Position numbers and translations under genes: made by a program. Below are positions 1 to 7,866 of a stretch of 64,000 nucleotides of DNA, in pieces. Location: positions 12,940 to 76,939 of the forward strand of contig DATEZS010000031.1 in assembly GCA_035255365.1 (NCBI GenBank), written 5' to 3'. A model generated the notes under the pieces. The model was not told the DNA's origin and did not search any database. It saw nothing but the letters and a program-made list of their open reading frames with translations. Numbering within the stretch: position 1 is the stretch's first letter; the number at the start of each line of letters is the position of its first letter. The DNA is from Geothrix sp. (GTDB lineage: Bacteria > Acidobacteriota > Holophagae > Holophagales > Holophagaceae).

Positions 1-521
1 TCTTTGAAGAGACCCGTAAGGCGGTGGTTCAGAAATCCCGATACCTGCAGCACCTTGGCGGTCCGCGCCCAGACCTCGGGTTCCTGCTGTTGCACCCAGG
101 CAGCCTTGCCATCCTTCTGGGTTTTAAGGATGGCCTCCAGCATGCCCACGGCCCGGTAGATCCAGCGCAGGGGCAGCAGCGGCCTATACACCGCCTTGGC
201 CTGGCGGGTATCCAACCAGAGGATGGCGCGCCGAAGGGGTTTCCCCTCCGCATCCACGAACACGAGGCTGTCCCGCTGGGTGGTGACGCCGACGCCCTGG
301 ATCCGCGCGAAGGCTTCGGGGGCCTTCGTCTTCAGTTCCTGCACCGTTTCGCAGAGGCAGCGCCAATAGAGTTCCGCATCCTGCTCCGCCCAGCCCGGAG
401 AAGGGCTCACATAGGGTTCGTACTCCCGTTTCACCTTGTCCAGGAGCACTCCCTTGCTGGAGAAAAGGAGGGCCCGGAGGCTCTGCGTACCGCAGTCCAG
501 CGCCAGGAGGGTGGGTTCCAT
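1..521 (-). CDS. FGGY-family carbohydrate kinase (3' part runs off the window)
   Basis: Not in the ORF track. Manual translation from ATG at 521 gives MEPTLLALDCGTQSLRALLF...PGWAEQDA...GVTTQRDS...ILWLDTR, which are FGGY N-terminal motifs. Directly downstream of the GlpD-like gene. Confidence 0.88.
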   Translation of the reverse strand, partial: MEPTLLALDCGTQSLRALLFSSKGVLLDKVKREYEPYVSPSPGWAEQDAELYWRCLCETVQELKTKAPEAFARIQGVGVTTQRDSLVFVDAEGKPLRRAILWLDTRQAKAVYRPLLPLRWIYRAVGMLEAILKTQKDGKAAWVQQQEPEVWARTAKVLQVSGFLNHRLTGLFK

Positions 522-532
522 GGAGCTCCCGT

Positions 533-2236
533 TCAAAAGAAAATCATCGTGCGGATGTGGTCGAGGTAGGCGCGGCATTCTTCAGCCTGGCGAGCCTCCT
601 CCCAGCCGTAGTAGGCGGCGAGAATGGGCGCCACCTTCGCAGCCAAGTCCGGTTGCCGGAGGTGGGATACCACCATAGCCATTTCCGTGCGGCGCGCCAT
701 GACATCCACCAGGTGGGGCGCCTGCTCGAAAGCCAGGATGTGGTGGAGCTCAGCCTGGCAGAAGGGCTGGCCGTCCAGCAGAGGCTGGCCCAGTTCCGGC
801 GCGCGCTTCACCTCGCGCAGGATGCCCACCGCCCCGTGTCCATACTTCTGGTGGAGGTACCGGCGCCTGGCTTCCGGAAGCGCTCCGTTCAAGCCCAGAT
901 CCCCCGTGATCTTGTCGAAGGTCTCCCAGTTCACGCCCACCTTGTACCGGCGCATGGAGAAATTCCTCCGACCTTCACGCCAGCCCAGACGCCGCACATA
1001 GCCTCGCTTGGCGCAAAGGCTCAGGAGCTCCCAGGCCATGGGCCGGAAGGTGGTGAGCTTGCCCCCGGTGATGGAGACGAGACCGTTGCCGGCGTCCTGG
1101 ATGAGGTGCTGACGCGAGTTGTCGGAGGCGCTGCCTTCCTCATAGACCAGGGGCCGAAGCCCCGCATAGGTGGAGAGGATGTCCCGGTTCGTCAGCTTCG
1201 CCTCAGGGAAGTAGGCGTTGACCGTTTCAAGCAGGTAGTCGCATTCCGCCTGCGTGCACTGGGGCTCATCGAGCGGGCCGTGATAGTCCTCATCTGTGGT
1301 GCCGATGAGACTCACCTCGCCGCGGGGGAGGACGAACACGAAGCGATCATCGGGTCGGCGCAGCGCGAAAGCATTGTGATGCCCGATGCGCTCCCGGGGC
1401 ACCACCACATGCACGCCCTTGGAAGGCCGGAGGCCGTGGCCCTCCTGCCCTGCCAGGGCCAAGGTCTCGCTGCTCCACACCCCGGTGGCGTTGGCCACGC
1501 AGGTGGCGCGAACCTGGAAACGGGTTCCACTCTCCCGGTCCACCAGTTCCACCGCGGACACTCGGCCATCCTGGAACAGGATGCGTTCCGCTTCCACGTA
1601 GTTCAGGGCCACGGATCGGCCGCCGGAGAGATCCCGTGCTTCCTTCACCGTCTCCAGCGTGAGCCGGGCATCATCCGTGGAGGTGTCGAAGTAGACACCC
1701 GCCAGTTGCAACCCTTCCCGCTTGAAGGCGGGTTCCCGCTGGGCCAGCTTCGCGGGATTCATGAAACGGTGGCGGCCAGGAGCTTTGAAGCGGTCGAAGG
1801 TGTTGGAAAGGAGGTCATAGACCGTCAGGCCGAGCCGGACCATGAGGGGCGTGTCCTTGCTGCCCTTGAAGGCGCAGTAGTGGAAGGCCAGGGGTCGCAC
1901 CAGGTGCGGCAGGGCCTTTCGGAGCCAGTTCCGCTCCGTGGCGGATTCGCGCACCAGGCCCACATCCCCCTGGGGCAGGTACCGCAGGCCCCCGTGGACC
2001 AGCTTGGAGGAACGGCTGGAGGTTCCGAAGGCGAAATCTCCCTTGTCCACCAGCAGGAAGGAGATGCCGCGCAGGGCCGCCTCCCGGGCGATGCCCGCGC
2101 CCGTGATGCCGCCGCCGAGAATGATGAGGTCAAAATCGCGGTTTCTGGCCTGCTCCAGGGCATCGGACCGGTCCCTGGCGCTCCAGGCCAGCGATTTTCC
2201 GCTCACATGAAAATCCGCATTCCTTGCATGAGCCAT
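533..2236 (-). CDS. Glycerol-3-phosphate dehydrogenase/oxidase family FAD protein (GlpD-like)
   Basis: GGGITGAG FAD motif, GTSSRSSKLVHGGLRYL, DDARL, GTTD, GLRPL, GGKLTT. Start overlaps the GntR stop (TGATG). Confidence 0.92.
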   Translation of the reverse strand: MAHARNADFHVSGKSLAWSARDRSDALEQARNRDFDLIILGGGITGAGIAREAALRGISFLLVDKGDFAFGTSSRSSKLVHGGLRYLPQGDVGLVRESATERNWLRKALPHLVRPLAFHYCAFKGSKDTPLMVRLGLTVYDLLSNTFDRFKAPGRHRFMNPAKLAQREPAFKREGLQLAGVYFDTSTDDARLTLETVKEARDLSGGRSVALNYVEAERILFQDGRVSAVELVDRESGTRFQVRATCVANATGVWSSETLALAGQEGHGLRPSKGVHVVVPRERIGHHNAFALRRPDDRFVFVLPRGEVSLIGTTDEDYHGPLDEPQCTQAECDYLLETVNAYFPEAKLTNRDILSTYAGLRPLVYEEGSASDNSRQHLIQDAGNGLVSITGGKLTTFRPMAWELLSLCAKRGYVRRLGWREGRRNFSMRRYKVGVNWETFDKITGDLGLNGALPEARRRYLHQKYGHGAVGILREVKRAPELGQPLLDGQPFCQAELHHILAFEQAPHLVDVMARRTEMAMVVSHLRQPDLAAKVAPILAAYYGWEEARQAEECRAYLDHIRTMIFF

Positions 2237-2964
2237 CAGCCGCCTCCCTGGCGCTTGGGGATCTGCGTGAACTCGAGGGGGAAGAGGTCGGTGCGCAGGA
2301 TGAACCGCACCGCGTAATAGATGTGCCGCTTCTCGCTGATGGCCCGCTCCACCCGGAGCACGGCGTGCGTGCCCAGAGAGCGCTGCGCCTCCTTCAGGGC
2401 TTCGGGCTCCGCGCCGATGCCCTGGATGCGGTTCTGGACGCGATCGGGCCGGAAGCCGAATTTACCGGTCATGAGGTCATGGAGGGAACCCCGGAAGGCG
2501 GCCCTGGCGATGCCGGGGAAATCGCTGGCCCGGAAATAGGACACCTCCAGCGCCAGCGGCTTCGTTTTCACCATGCGGAGCCGGGTCACCTGGAAGACCC
2601 GCTCCTCCCCTTCGAAACAGGCCCGCAGAAAGCCCGACGGAAGGTCCGCCGTCGGCAGCCAGCCTTTGGTCAGCACCCGATTGACCACGGGCAGGCCTGA
2701 CCTGGAGAGCTCCTCCGTGATGGACAGGGCCCCCGAGAGGGGGTTGAAGGCAACCTTGGCCTCCACGAAGGTGCCTTTGCCGTGGATGCGGTAGATGAGG
2801 CCTTCGGCTTCGAGGCTGCCCAGAGCCTTGCGGACCGTCTCCCGGCTGGCGCTAAAGATGATGCCGAGTTCCGGTTCGGAGGGGAGGCGCTCAGACCATT
2901 CCCCCTGCTCGATCCGCGCACGGATGCCATCCCGGATGGTGACCGCGAGCGTCGGTTTGGCCAA
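2236..2964 (-). CDS. GntR (HutC/UTRA-type) transcriptional regulator
   Basis: RLPSE.EL...ASRETVRKAL..L..EGLIYRIHGKGTFV winged helix followed by a UTRA-like domain. TTG start at 2964 after GGAGG. Confidence 0.9.
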   Translation of the reverse strand: MAKPTLAVTIRDGIRARIEQGEWSERLPSEPELGIIFSASRETVRKALGSLEAEGLIYRIHGKGTFVEAKVAFNPLSGALSITEELSRSGLPVVNRVLTKGWLPTADLPSGFLRACFEGEERVFQVTRLRMVKTKPLALEVSYFRASDFPGIARAAFRGSLHDLMTGKFGFRPDRVQNRIQGIGAEPEALKEAQRSLGTHAVLRVERAISEKRHIYYAVRFILRTDLFPLEFTQIPKRQGGG

Positions 2965-2980
2965 GGGGACCTCCAAAAGA

Positions 2981-3000
2981 TGTCTAGACGAGTCTAGAAC
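2981..3000. promoter_or_regulatory. Putative GntR/HutC operator (tandem GTCTAGAC / GTCTAGAA boxes)
   Basis: TGTCTAGACGAGTCTAGAAC lies in the short divergent spacer between gntR and the SDR gene and matches the GT-N-TA-N-AC palindrome typical of HutC-subfamily sites. Confidence 0.6.
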
Positions 3001-3047
3001 CATCCGTATGCTTGTAGGCAACCAATCATTTGTCCAGGAGCATCCTC

Positions 3048-3857
3048 ATGACCCAGATCCGTGGGGCCCACATTCTCATTACCGGGGCGGCCAGCGGCAT
3101 CGGGAGGCTGCTGGCCCTTGGTGCCGCGGGCCGAGGCGCCAGACTCACCCTACTGGACCGGGACGAGGCGGGGCTTGCCGCCGTCCAGAAGGAAATAGCC
3201 GAGGCCGGGAGCGACGCGGAAGCCTACACCGTGGACCTGGCCAGCCGGATGGCCATCCAGGAAACGGCCCGGCAGGTGCTGCAGGACCGGGGCACCGTGG
3301 ACATCCTCGTGAACAACGCGGGCATCGTCTCGGGGAAACCGCTGCTGGAGATCCCCGACGAGGCCATCGAGCGCACCTTCCAGGTGAACACCCTGGCCCT
3401 CTTCTGGATGGTGCGGGCCTTCCTCCCGGCCATGATTTCCCAGGGGCGCGGGCACCTGGTCAATATCGCCTCCGCCGCCGGCCTGGCGGGAACGTCCCGT
3501 CTCACGGACTACTGCTCGTCCAAGTACGCCGCCGTGGGCTTTGACGAGTCCCTGCGCCTGGAACTGAAGCGCCTGGGCCTGCCCATCCGAACCACCATTG
3601 TCTGCCCCTTCTACATCGACACGGGCATGTTCAAGGGCGTGAAGACCCGGTTCAGCTGGCTCCTCCCCATCCTGAAGCCCGACTATGTGACCCGTCGCAT
3701 TCTGGGTGCCATCGAAGGCAACCGCGCCCGCCTCATCATGCCGCGCTTCCTGCTGGTGCTCCCTCTGGTGCGGCTGCTGCCGCCCGGCCCCTTCGACGCC
3801 CTGCTCGGCTTCTTCGGCGTGAACTGCAGCATGGACGACTTCAAGGGGCGTGCATGA
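3048..3857 (+). CDS. SDR family oxidoreductase (17-beta-HSD11/retinol dehydrogenase-like)
   Basis: TGAASGIG, NNAG, YCSSK, CPFYIDTGMF motifs. ATG at 3048 after AGGAG. Confidence 0.9.
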   Translation: MTQIRGAHILITGAASGIGRLLALGAAGRGARLTLLDRDEAGLAAVQKEIAEAGSDAEAYTVDLASRMAIQETARQVLQDRGTVDILVNNAGIVSGKPLLEIPDEAIERTFQVNTLALFWMVRAFLPAMISQGRGHLVNIASAAGLAGTSRLTDYCSSKYAAVGFDESLRLELKRLGLPIRTTIVCPFYIDTGMFKGVKTRFSWLLPILKPDYVTRRILGAIEGNRARLIMPRFLLVLPLVRLLPPGPFDALLGFFGVNCSMDDFKGRA

Positions 3858-4873
3858 ACCTCGTGGACGAAAGGGGCCAGGTGAAGCACGGGTGCTTCGA
3901 CGGCCCCGTCCAGTTGAATGCCGGGGCTTTCCGCCTGCGGGATTTCTTTGGAAGGGAAGTGGGCAGCCTACACAAGCGCCTGGCCCTCGGAGGCTTCAAC
4001 TTCGTGGGCTTCACCACTGACGAGGTGATGGTGGGCCTGGCCGCCGTGCGCCTCGGCTATGCCTCCCAGGTGTTCGGTTACCTCTACGACTTCAAGACCA
4101 GGCAGCTTTTTGAAAAGGCCACCAAGGCCCTGCCCTCGAGCATGGCCTTCCCCCTGGAACCCGATGCCCACAGGATCAAATTTGCCGGATCCGGGTGCGC
4201 CTTGCGCATCGACAAGAGTCATCCGAACGGGCTGCTCGAGCTTGAGGCTGAGTTTGGAGGATCTCTCCACATCCAGGCCCGCCTCCCCTACGGCTTCGAC
4301 CAGAAACCCCTGCGCGTGGTGAACCCCAGCTGCGGCGATCCCTTCCGCTTCACCTTCACGGAGAAGTGTTCGCCTCTGCAGCCGGAACAGCTGTCCGTGC
4401 GGTTCAATGGCGTGGAACGCACCCCGGACGCCAACAAGGCCCTGGCCATCTACGACTGGTCCGCGGGTTATTTCAACCGCCACACCAACTGGCTGTGGGC
4501 CGCTTGCGCGGGGCGGCTACCAGGTGGACAGTCCGTGGGCCTCAATTTCGCGGCGCTGGCCAATGAGTCCTTCTACCCGGAAAACGCCTGTTGGATCGAT
4601 GGGGACCGCACCCGGGTACCTCGGATCATTTTCGACTACGACCTCGACGATCCCTATGCCCGGGATTGGCGGGTCTTCAGCGAGGATGGCCAGGTGGATC
4701 TGACCTTCCGCCCCGTGGCCGAGCGCTCCGAGAAAAGCCGCCTGCCCTTCCTCAAGGTGAACTTCCGCCAGTTCATGGGCGCCTATTCCGGAACCCTGCG
4801 CACCGCAAAGGGAGCGACCGTCACCCTTGATTCCCTCCATGGCCTGGCTGAGCTGCACCTATCGGTGTGGTGA
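3854..4873 (+). CDS. DUF2804-family protein
   Basis: DWSAGYFNRHTNWLW, GLNF, ENACWIDG, DLTFRP, NFRQFMGAYSG and GLAELHLSVW match my recollection of DUF2804. ATGA overlap with the SDR gene. Confidence 0.75.
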   Translation: MNLVDERGQVKHGCFDGPVQLNAGAFRLRDFFGREVGSLHKRLALGGFNFVGFTTDEVMVGLAAVRLGYASQVFGYLYDFKTRQLFEKATKALPSSMAFPLEPDAHRIKFAGSGCALRIDKSHPNGLLELEAEFGGSLHIQARLPYGFDQKPLRVVNPSCGDPFRFTFTEKCSPLQPEQLSVRFNGVERTPDANKALAIYDWSAGYFNRHTNWLWAACAGRLPGGQSVGLNFAALANESFYPENACWIDGDRTRVPRIIFDYDLDDPYARDWRVFSEDGQVDLTFRPVAERSEKSRLPFLKVNFRQFMGAYSGTLRTAKGATVTLDSLHGLAELHLSVW

Positions 4874-5476
4874 AGGCTTCGCCAACTGTTCTTTGATAAT
4901 TTCAACCGCTCGCCCGATTTCCACCGGGCTGAGCTTGCCTTCCTTGAAGAACAGCACCGTGTCATCCCGATCCAGGATGATCACGGCGGACTGTTTCGGC
5001 TGCAGCTGCCAGGCGGCGCGCGCGATCCCCTTCTCGTCCAGCACATGGACCGCATGGGGGAAATCGCGCTGGCTGTCCTGCAGGCGGCTCCGGCCCAACC
5101 CGGCGGTGCCCCACAGGGCGTCGGCGAGGTTGAGGACGGTGATGGTCTTGTATTCGCCATCCGGCGAGTACTCGGGCAGCTTCGCGGCGATCAGGGCATC
5201 GATGAACGGCTTGTTCAGGTCATCGATGCCCATGCGCGCCGCGAGGTGGTAGATGGTGCGGACCCGTCCCCCCAACTCCCGGGAGGACCATGACCGCCGG
5301 CCGAGGTCCTTGGACTCGAGCACCATGCGCCCATTCACGACTTTGCAACTGGGCACCAGGAGGCCCCCTTCCTGGATCTTCACCTCAGGCAGCTTCCGGC
5401 CCACCTGGACCGGACCTTCCGAGGCGAAGAGCAGCGCGGGCAGCGCAGGCAGCAGAGCCCAGGTCAGCGTTCTCAT
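4859..5476 (-). CDS. YtfJ-family exported protein
   Basis: Signal peptide; WSS.ELGGRVRTIYHLAAR, NLADALWGT and AWQL...SAVIILD motifs. Start overlaps the esterase stop. Confidence 0.75.
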   Translation of the reverse strand: MRTLTWALLPALPALLFASEGPVQVGRKLPEVKIQEGGLLVPSCKVVNGRMVLESKDLGRRSWSSRELGGRVRTIYHLAARMGIDDLNKPFIDALIAAKLPEYSPDGEYKTITVLNLADALWGTAGLGRSRLQDSQRDFPHAVHVLDEKGIARAAWQLQPKQSAVIILDRDDTVLFFKEGKLSPVEIGRAVEIIKEQLAKPSPHR

Positions 5477-6219
5477 GCTTGCTCCTTGGTGAGGCGCTGG
5501 ACGAAAGCCAGGCATTCCGCGGCGATCAAGTCCTTGTCGTAGTCCAGGGTCGCCACATGGTACGAGTTGTCCAGCCAGATCAGGCGCTTATCATCGGACC
5601 CCGCCTCCCGCATGGTCAGTTCGGCATTGGCCACGGGCAGCACATGATCCTCCCTGGACTTGAACACCAGCAAGGGTTGCCGGAGCCTCGGAAGATCCGT
5701 CCGCACCACCTTCGCCAACCGCCAAAGCTGGGCCACACCCGCCGTGGGGGTGCGGTCATAGGCCGGTTCCCTTGCCTCCGGATCCTTGATATCCGAAGCG
5801 ATTCCAAGCGTGGATTTCAGCAGGCTTTTCAGGAGCCCGGCGAAACGCACGCGGGGATCCCCGAACACCAGGGCATGGTTGATCACCACCACGCCGCGGA
5901 TGGCGGGGTCCTGCTCAGCCAGGCGCAGCACCAGGGAGCCCCCCATGGAAAGGCCCATGACGAACACGGTCCGGCAGCGTTCCCGCAGCCGCTGTAGTGC
6001 CTGCTCAAGGTCTTCCAGCCAGTCCTCCATGGTGACGTCGATGACATCCTCCCACTTCGTCCCATGGCCCCGCAGGCAGGGGCATTCCACGTGATGGCCA
6101 GCCGCCGCCATGGCCTTAGCGAGTGGCATCACGCCTCCCGGCATGCCCGTGAAGCCATGGGAGACAAGGATGCCGATGCCGGAATGGCCGTCATGGGAAA
6201 AGGGCTCCGCGCCCTCCAT
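5473..6219 (-). CDS. Alpha/beta-hydrolase carboxylesterase (monoacylglycerol lipase/Est30-like)
   Basis: HGFTG, GHGT, nucleophile GLSMGG, DHV and SYHVATLD triad. This is the real C-terminal part of the 859-aa track ORF. Confidence 0.88.
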   Translation of the reverse strand: MEGAEPFSHDGHSGIGILVSHGFTGMPGGVMPLAKAMAAAGHHVECPCLRGHGTKWEDVIDVTMEDWLEDLEQALQRLRERCRTVFVMGLSMGGSLVLRLAEQDPAIRGVVVINHALVFGDPRVRFAGLLKSLLKSTLGIASDIKDPEAREPAYDRTPTAGVAQLWRLAKVVRTDLPRLRQPLLVFKSREDHVLPVANAELTMREAGSDDKRLIWLDNSYHVATLDYDKDLIAAECLAFVQRLTKEQA

Positions 6220-6396
6220 CCGTCCCTGCCCGCTCCCACTCGATTCCCTCACGATCACCATCCCTGAATGCGTGGATTCTGTGCCCTGCCGCGCAACACC
6301 GTCAAGCCTCAATCCGCGCCTGCTGAAAGACCTTCCCTTCATCCATGACACCGACCATCCTGGTCGCCCCCTCCTCCCACCTGAAAGGACACCTGC

Positions 6397-7854
6397 ATGA
6401 AACGTAACCTCCTCATAACCTCGCTGGTCCTGGGTGCTTTGACGCCTGCAACGGCCGGCGGCATCTTCTACAACAGCAACCAGAGCGCCGAGTACTTCCG
6501 CACCTTCGACCGGAACAGCGCCATCGACAATGCCGACATCGTCTACTACAACATGGCCGGCACCGTGCGCCTCGGCGAGGGCTGGACCTTCAATCTCAGC
6601 AACCAGTCCATCTTCCAGAAGGCCACTGTCGAGACCAAGGGCAATCCGGTAGTGGGCGACCGGACCTACGAATCCAACAACCCTGTGCTGGTCATCCCCA
6701 ATGGCTACGCCGCCTACCGCAAGGGGGACTGGGCCTTCTTCACGGGCCTCGAAACCATCGGCGCCACCGCCGTGCGCGACTGGAAGGACGGCCTGCCCAC
6801 CCTCGATCTCTACGGCAAGCAGATGGCCGGCTACGGGGGCGTGAAATCCAACATCATCGGCATGGATGCCGCGGCCGCGGCCTTGGCTGCGGGGAAGTCC
6901 GTGGATGAAGCGAATGCCGCCGGCGTGGCCGCAGGCCTGAGCGCCGACGCCTTCACCGCCAAGTCCTCCCTGAAGGGTTCCTCCTACTACATGGCCTGGC
7001 GCCACGGCGCCGCCTATCGCATCAACCAGTATTTCTCCATAGCGTTGGCAGGCCGGCTCGTCATGGCGCGGCAGGACATCGTCGGCCGCGTGGACTCGGC
7101 CTGCACCTACAACCAGTACGGCCATGACCTGCGCTCCCAGAGCGTGGCCATCATTGATACCACCGCCAAGGCCAACGGCTACTCCGGAGAGATCGGCATC
7201 GACATCTTCCCCACGGACAACACCGTGCTGAACTTCACCTACGAAACCTCCACCAGCCTGAACTTCACCACCCGCGTGCGCGATGGCAAGGACGGCAACG
7301 GCCTCTTCGTGGACGGCCAGCAGGGCCACCTCGACCTGCCCAAGACCCTCCGCTTCGGCTTTGGCGTGCAGGTCACCCCGGACCTGCGGGCCTCCCTGGG
7401 CGCCAACCGCTACTTCGAGGGGTCCGTCAATTTCAACATGCTGAACAATCCCGCCAACAACAACGACTACAAGAAGGACTACTCGGATACCACCGAGGAA
7501 TCCGCCTCCCTCGAATACCGGCTCAGCAAGCCCTGGCTGGTCAGCTTCGGCGTCAACTTCAACCAGATCGGCCAGAGGAAAGCCTCCACCATCGACACCA
7601 GCATCCCCGGCGCCCATGCCAACTACTTCTCCATCGGAGCGGGCTTCCAGTACGCCGCCAGCGACCAGTTGAAGTTCAACCTGGGCGTCGCCCACACCCG
7701 CTTCACCAGCACCTACGAAAACGCCGATGTGATGGGCGACCAGGCCCTCCAGGCCGCTTTCCAGTCGCAAGGCGTCAGCATCGATCCCCGGAAGGTCTAC
7801 GACAAGCAGTACCTGATCGTGGCCTTCGGCATCAACTACCGCTTCTCGAAGTAA
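6397..7854 (+). CDS. OmpP1/FadL-family outer-membrane channel
   Basis: Signal peptide; N-terminal NSNQSAEYFR...DNADIVYYNMAG hatch motif; amphipathic beta strands; C-terminal GINYRF. Confidence 0.8.
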   Translation: MKRNLLITSLVLGALTPATAGGIFYNSNQSAEYFRTFDRNSAIDNADIVYYNMAGTVRLGEGWTFNLSNQSIFQKATVETKGNPVVGDRTYESNNPVLVIPNGYAAYRKGDWAFFTGLETIGATAVRDWKDGLPTLDLYGKQMAGYGGVKSNIIGMDAAAAALAAGKSVDEANAAGVAAGLSADAFTAKSSLKGSSYYMAWRHGAAYRINQYFSIALAGRLVMARQDIVGRVDSACTYNQYGHDLRSQSVAIIDTTAKANGYSGEIGIDIFPTDNTVLNFTYETSTSLNFTTRVRDGKDGNGLFVDGQQGHLDLPKTLRFGFGVQVTPDLRASLGANRYFEGSVNFNMLNNPANNNDYKKDYSDTTEESASLEYRLSKPWLVSFGVNFNQIGQRKASTIDTSIPGAHANYFSIGAGFQYAASDQLKFNLGVAHTRFTSTYENADVMGDQALQAAFQSQGVSIDPRKVYDKQYLIVAFGINYRFSK

Positions 7855-7866
7855 GGAGCCACCATC

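Noticed and set aside
557-2317. Long antisense ORFs such as 557-2317, 31250-32872, 46344-48551 and 60995-62260
   Set aside because: Each mirrors a well-supported gene on the other strand and has no motifs of its own.
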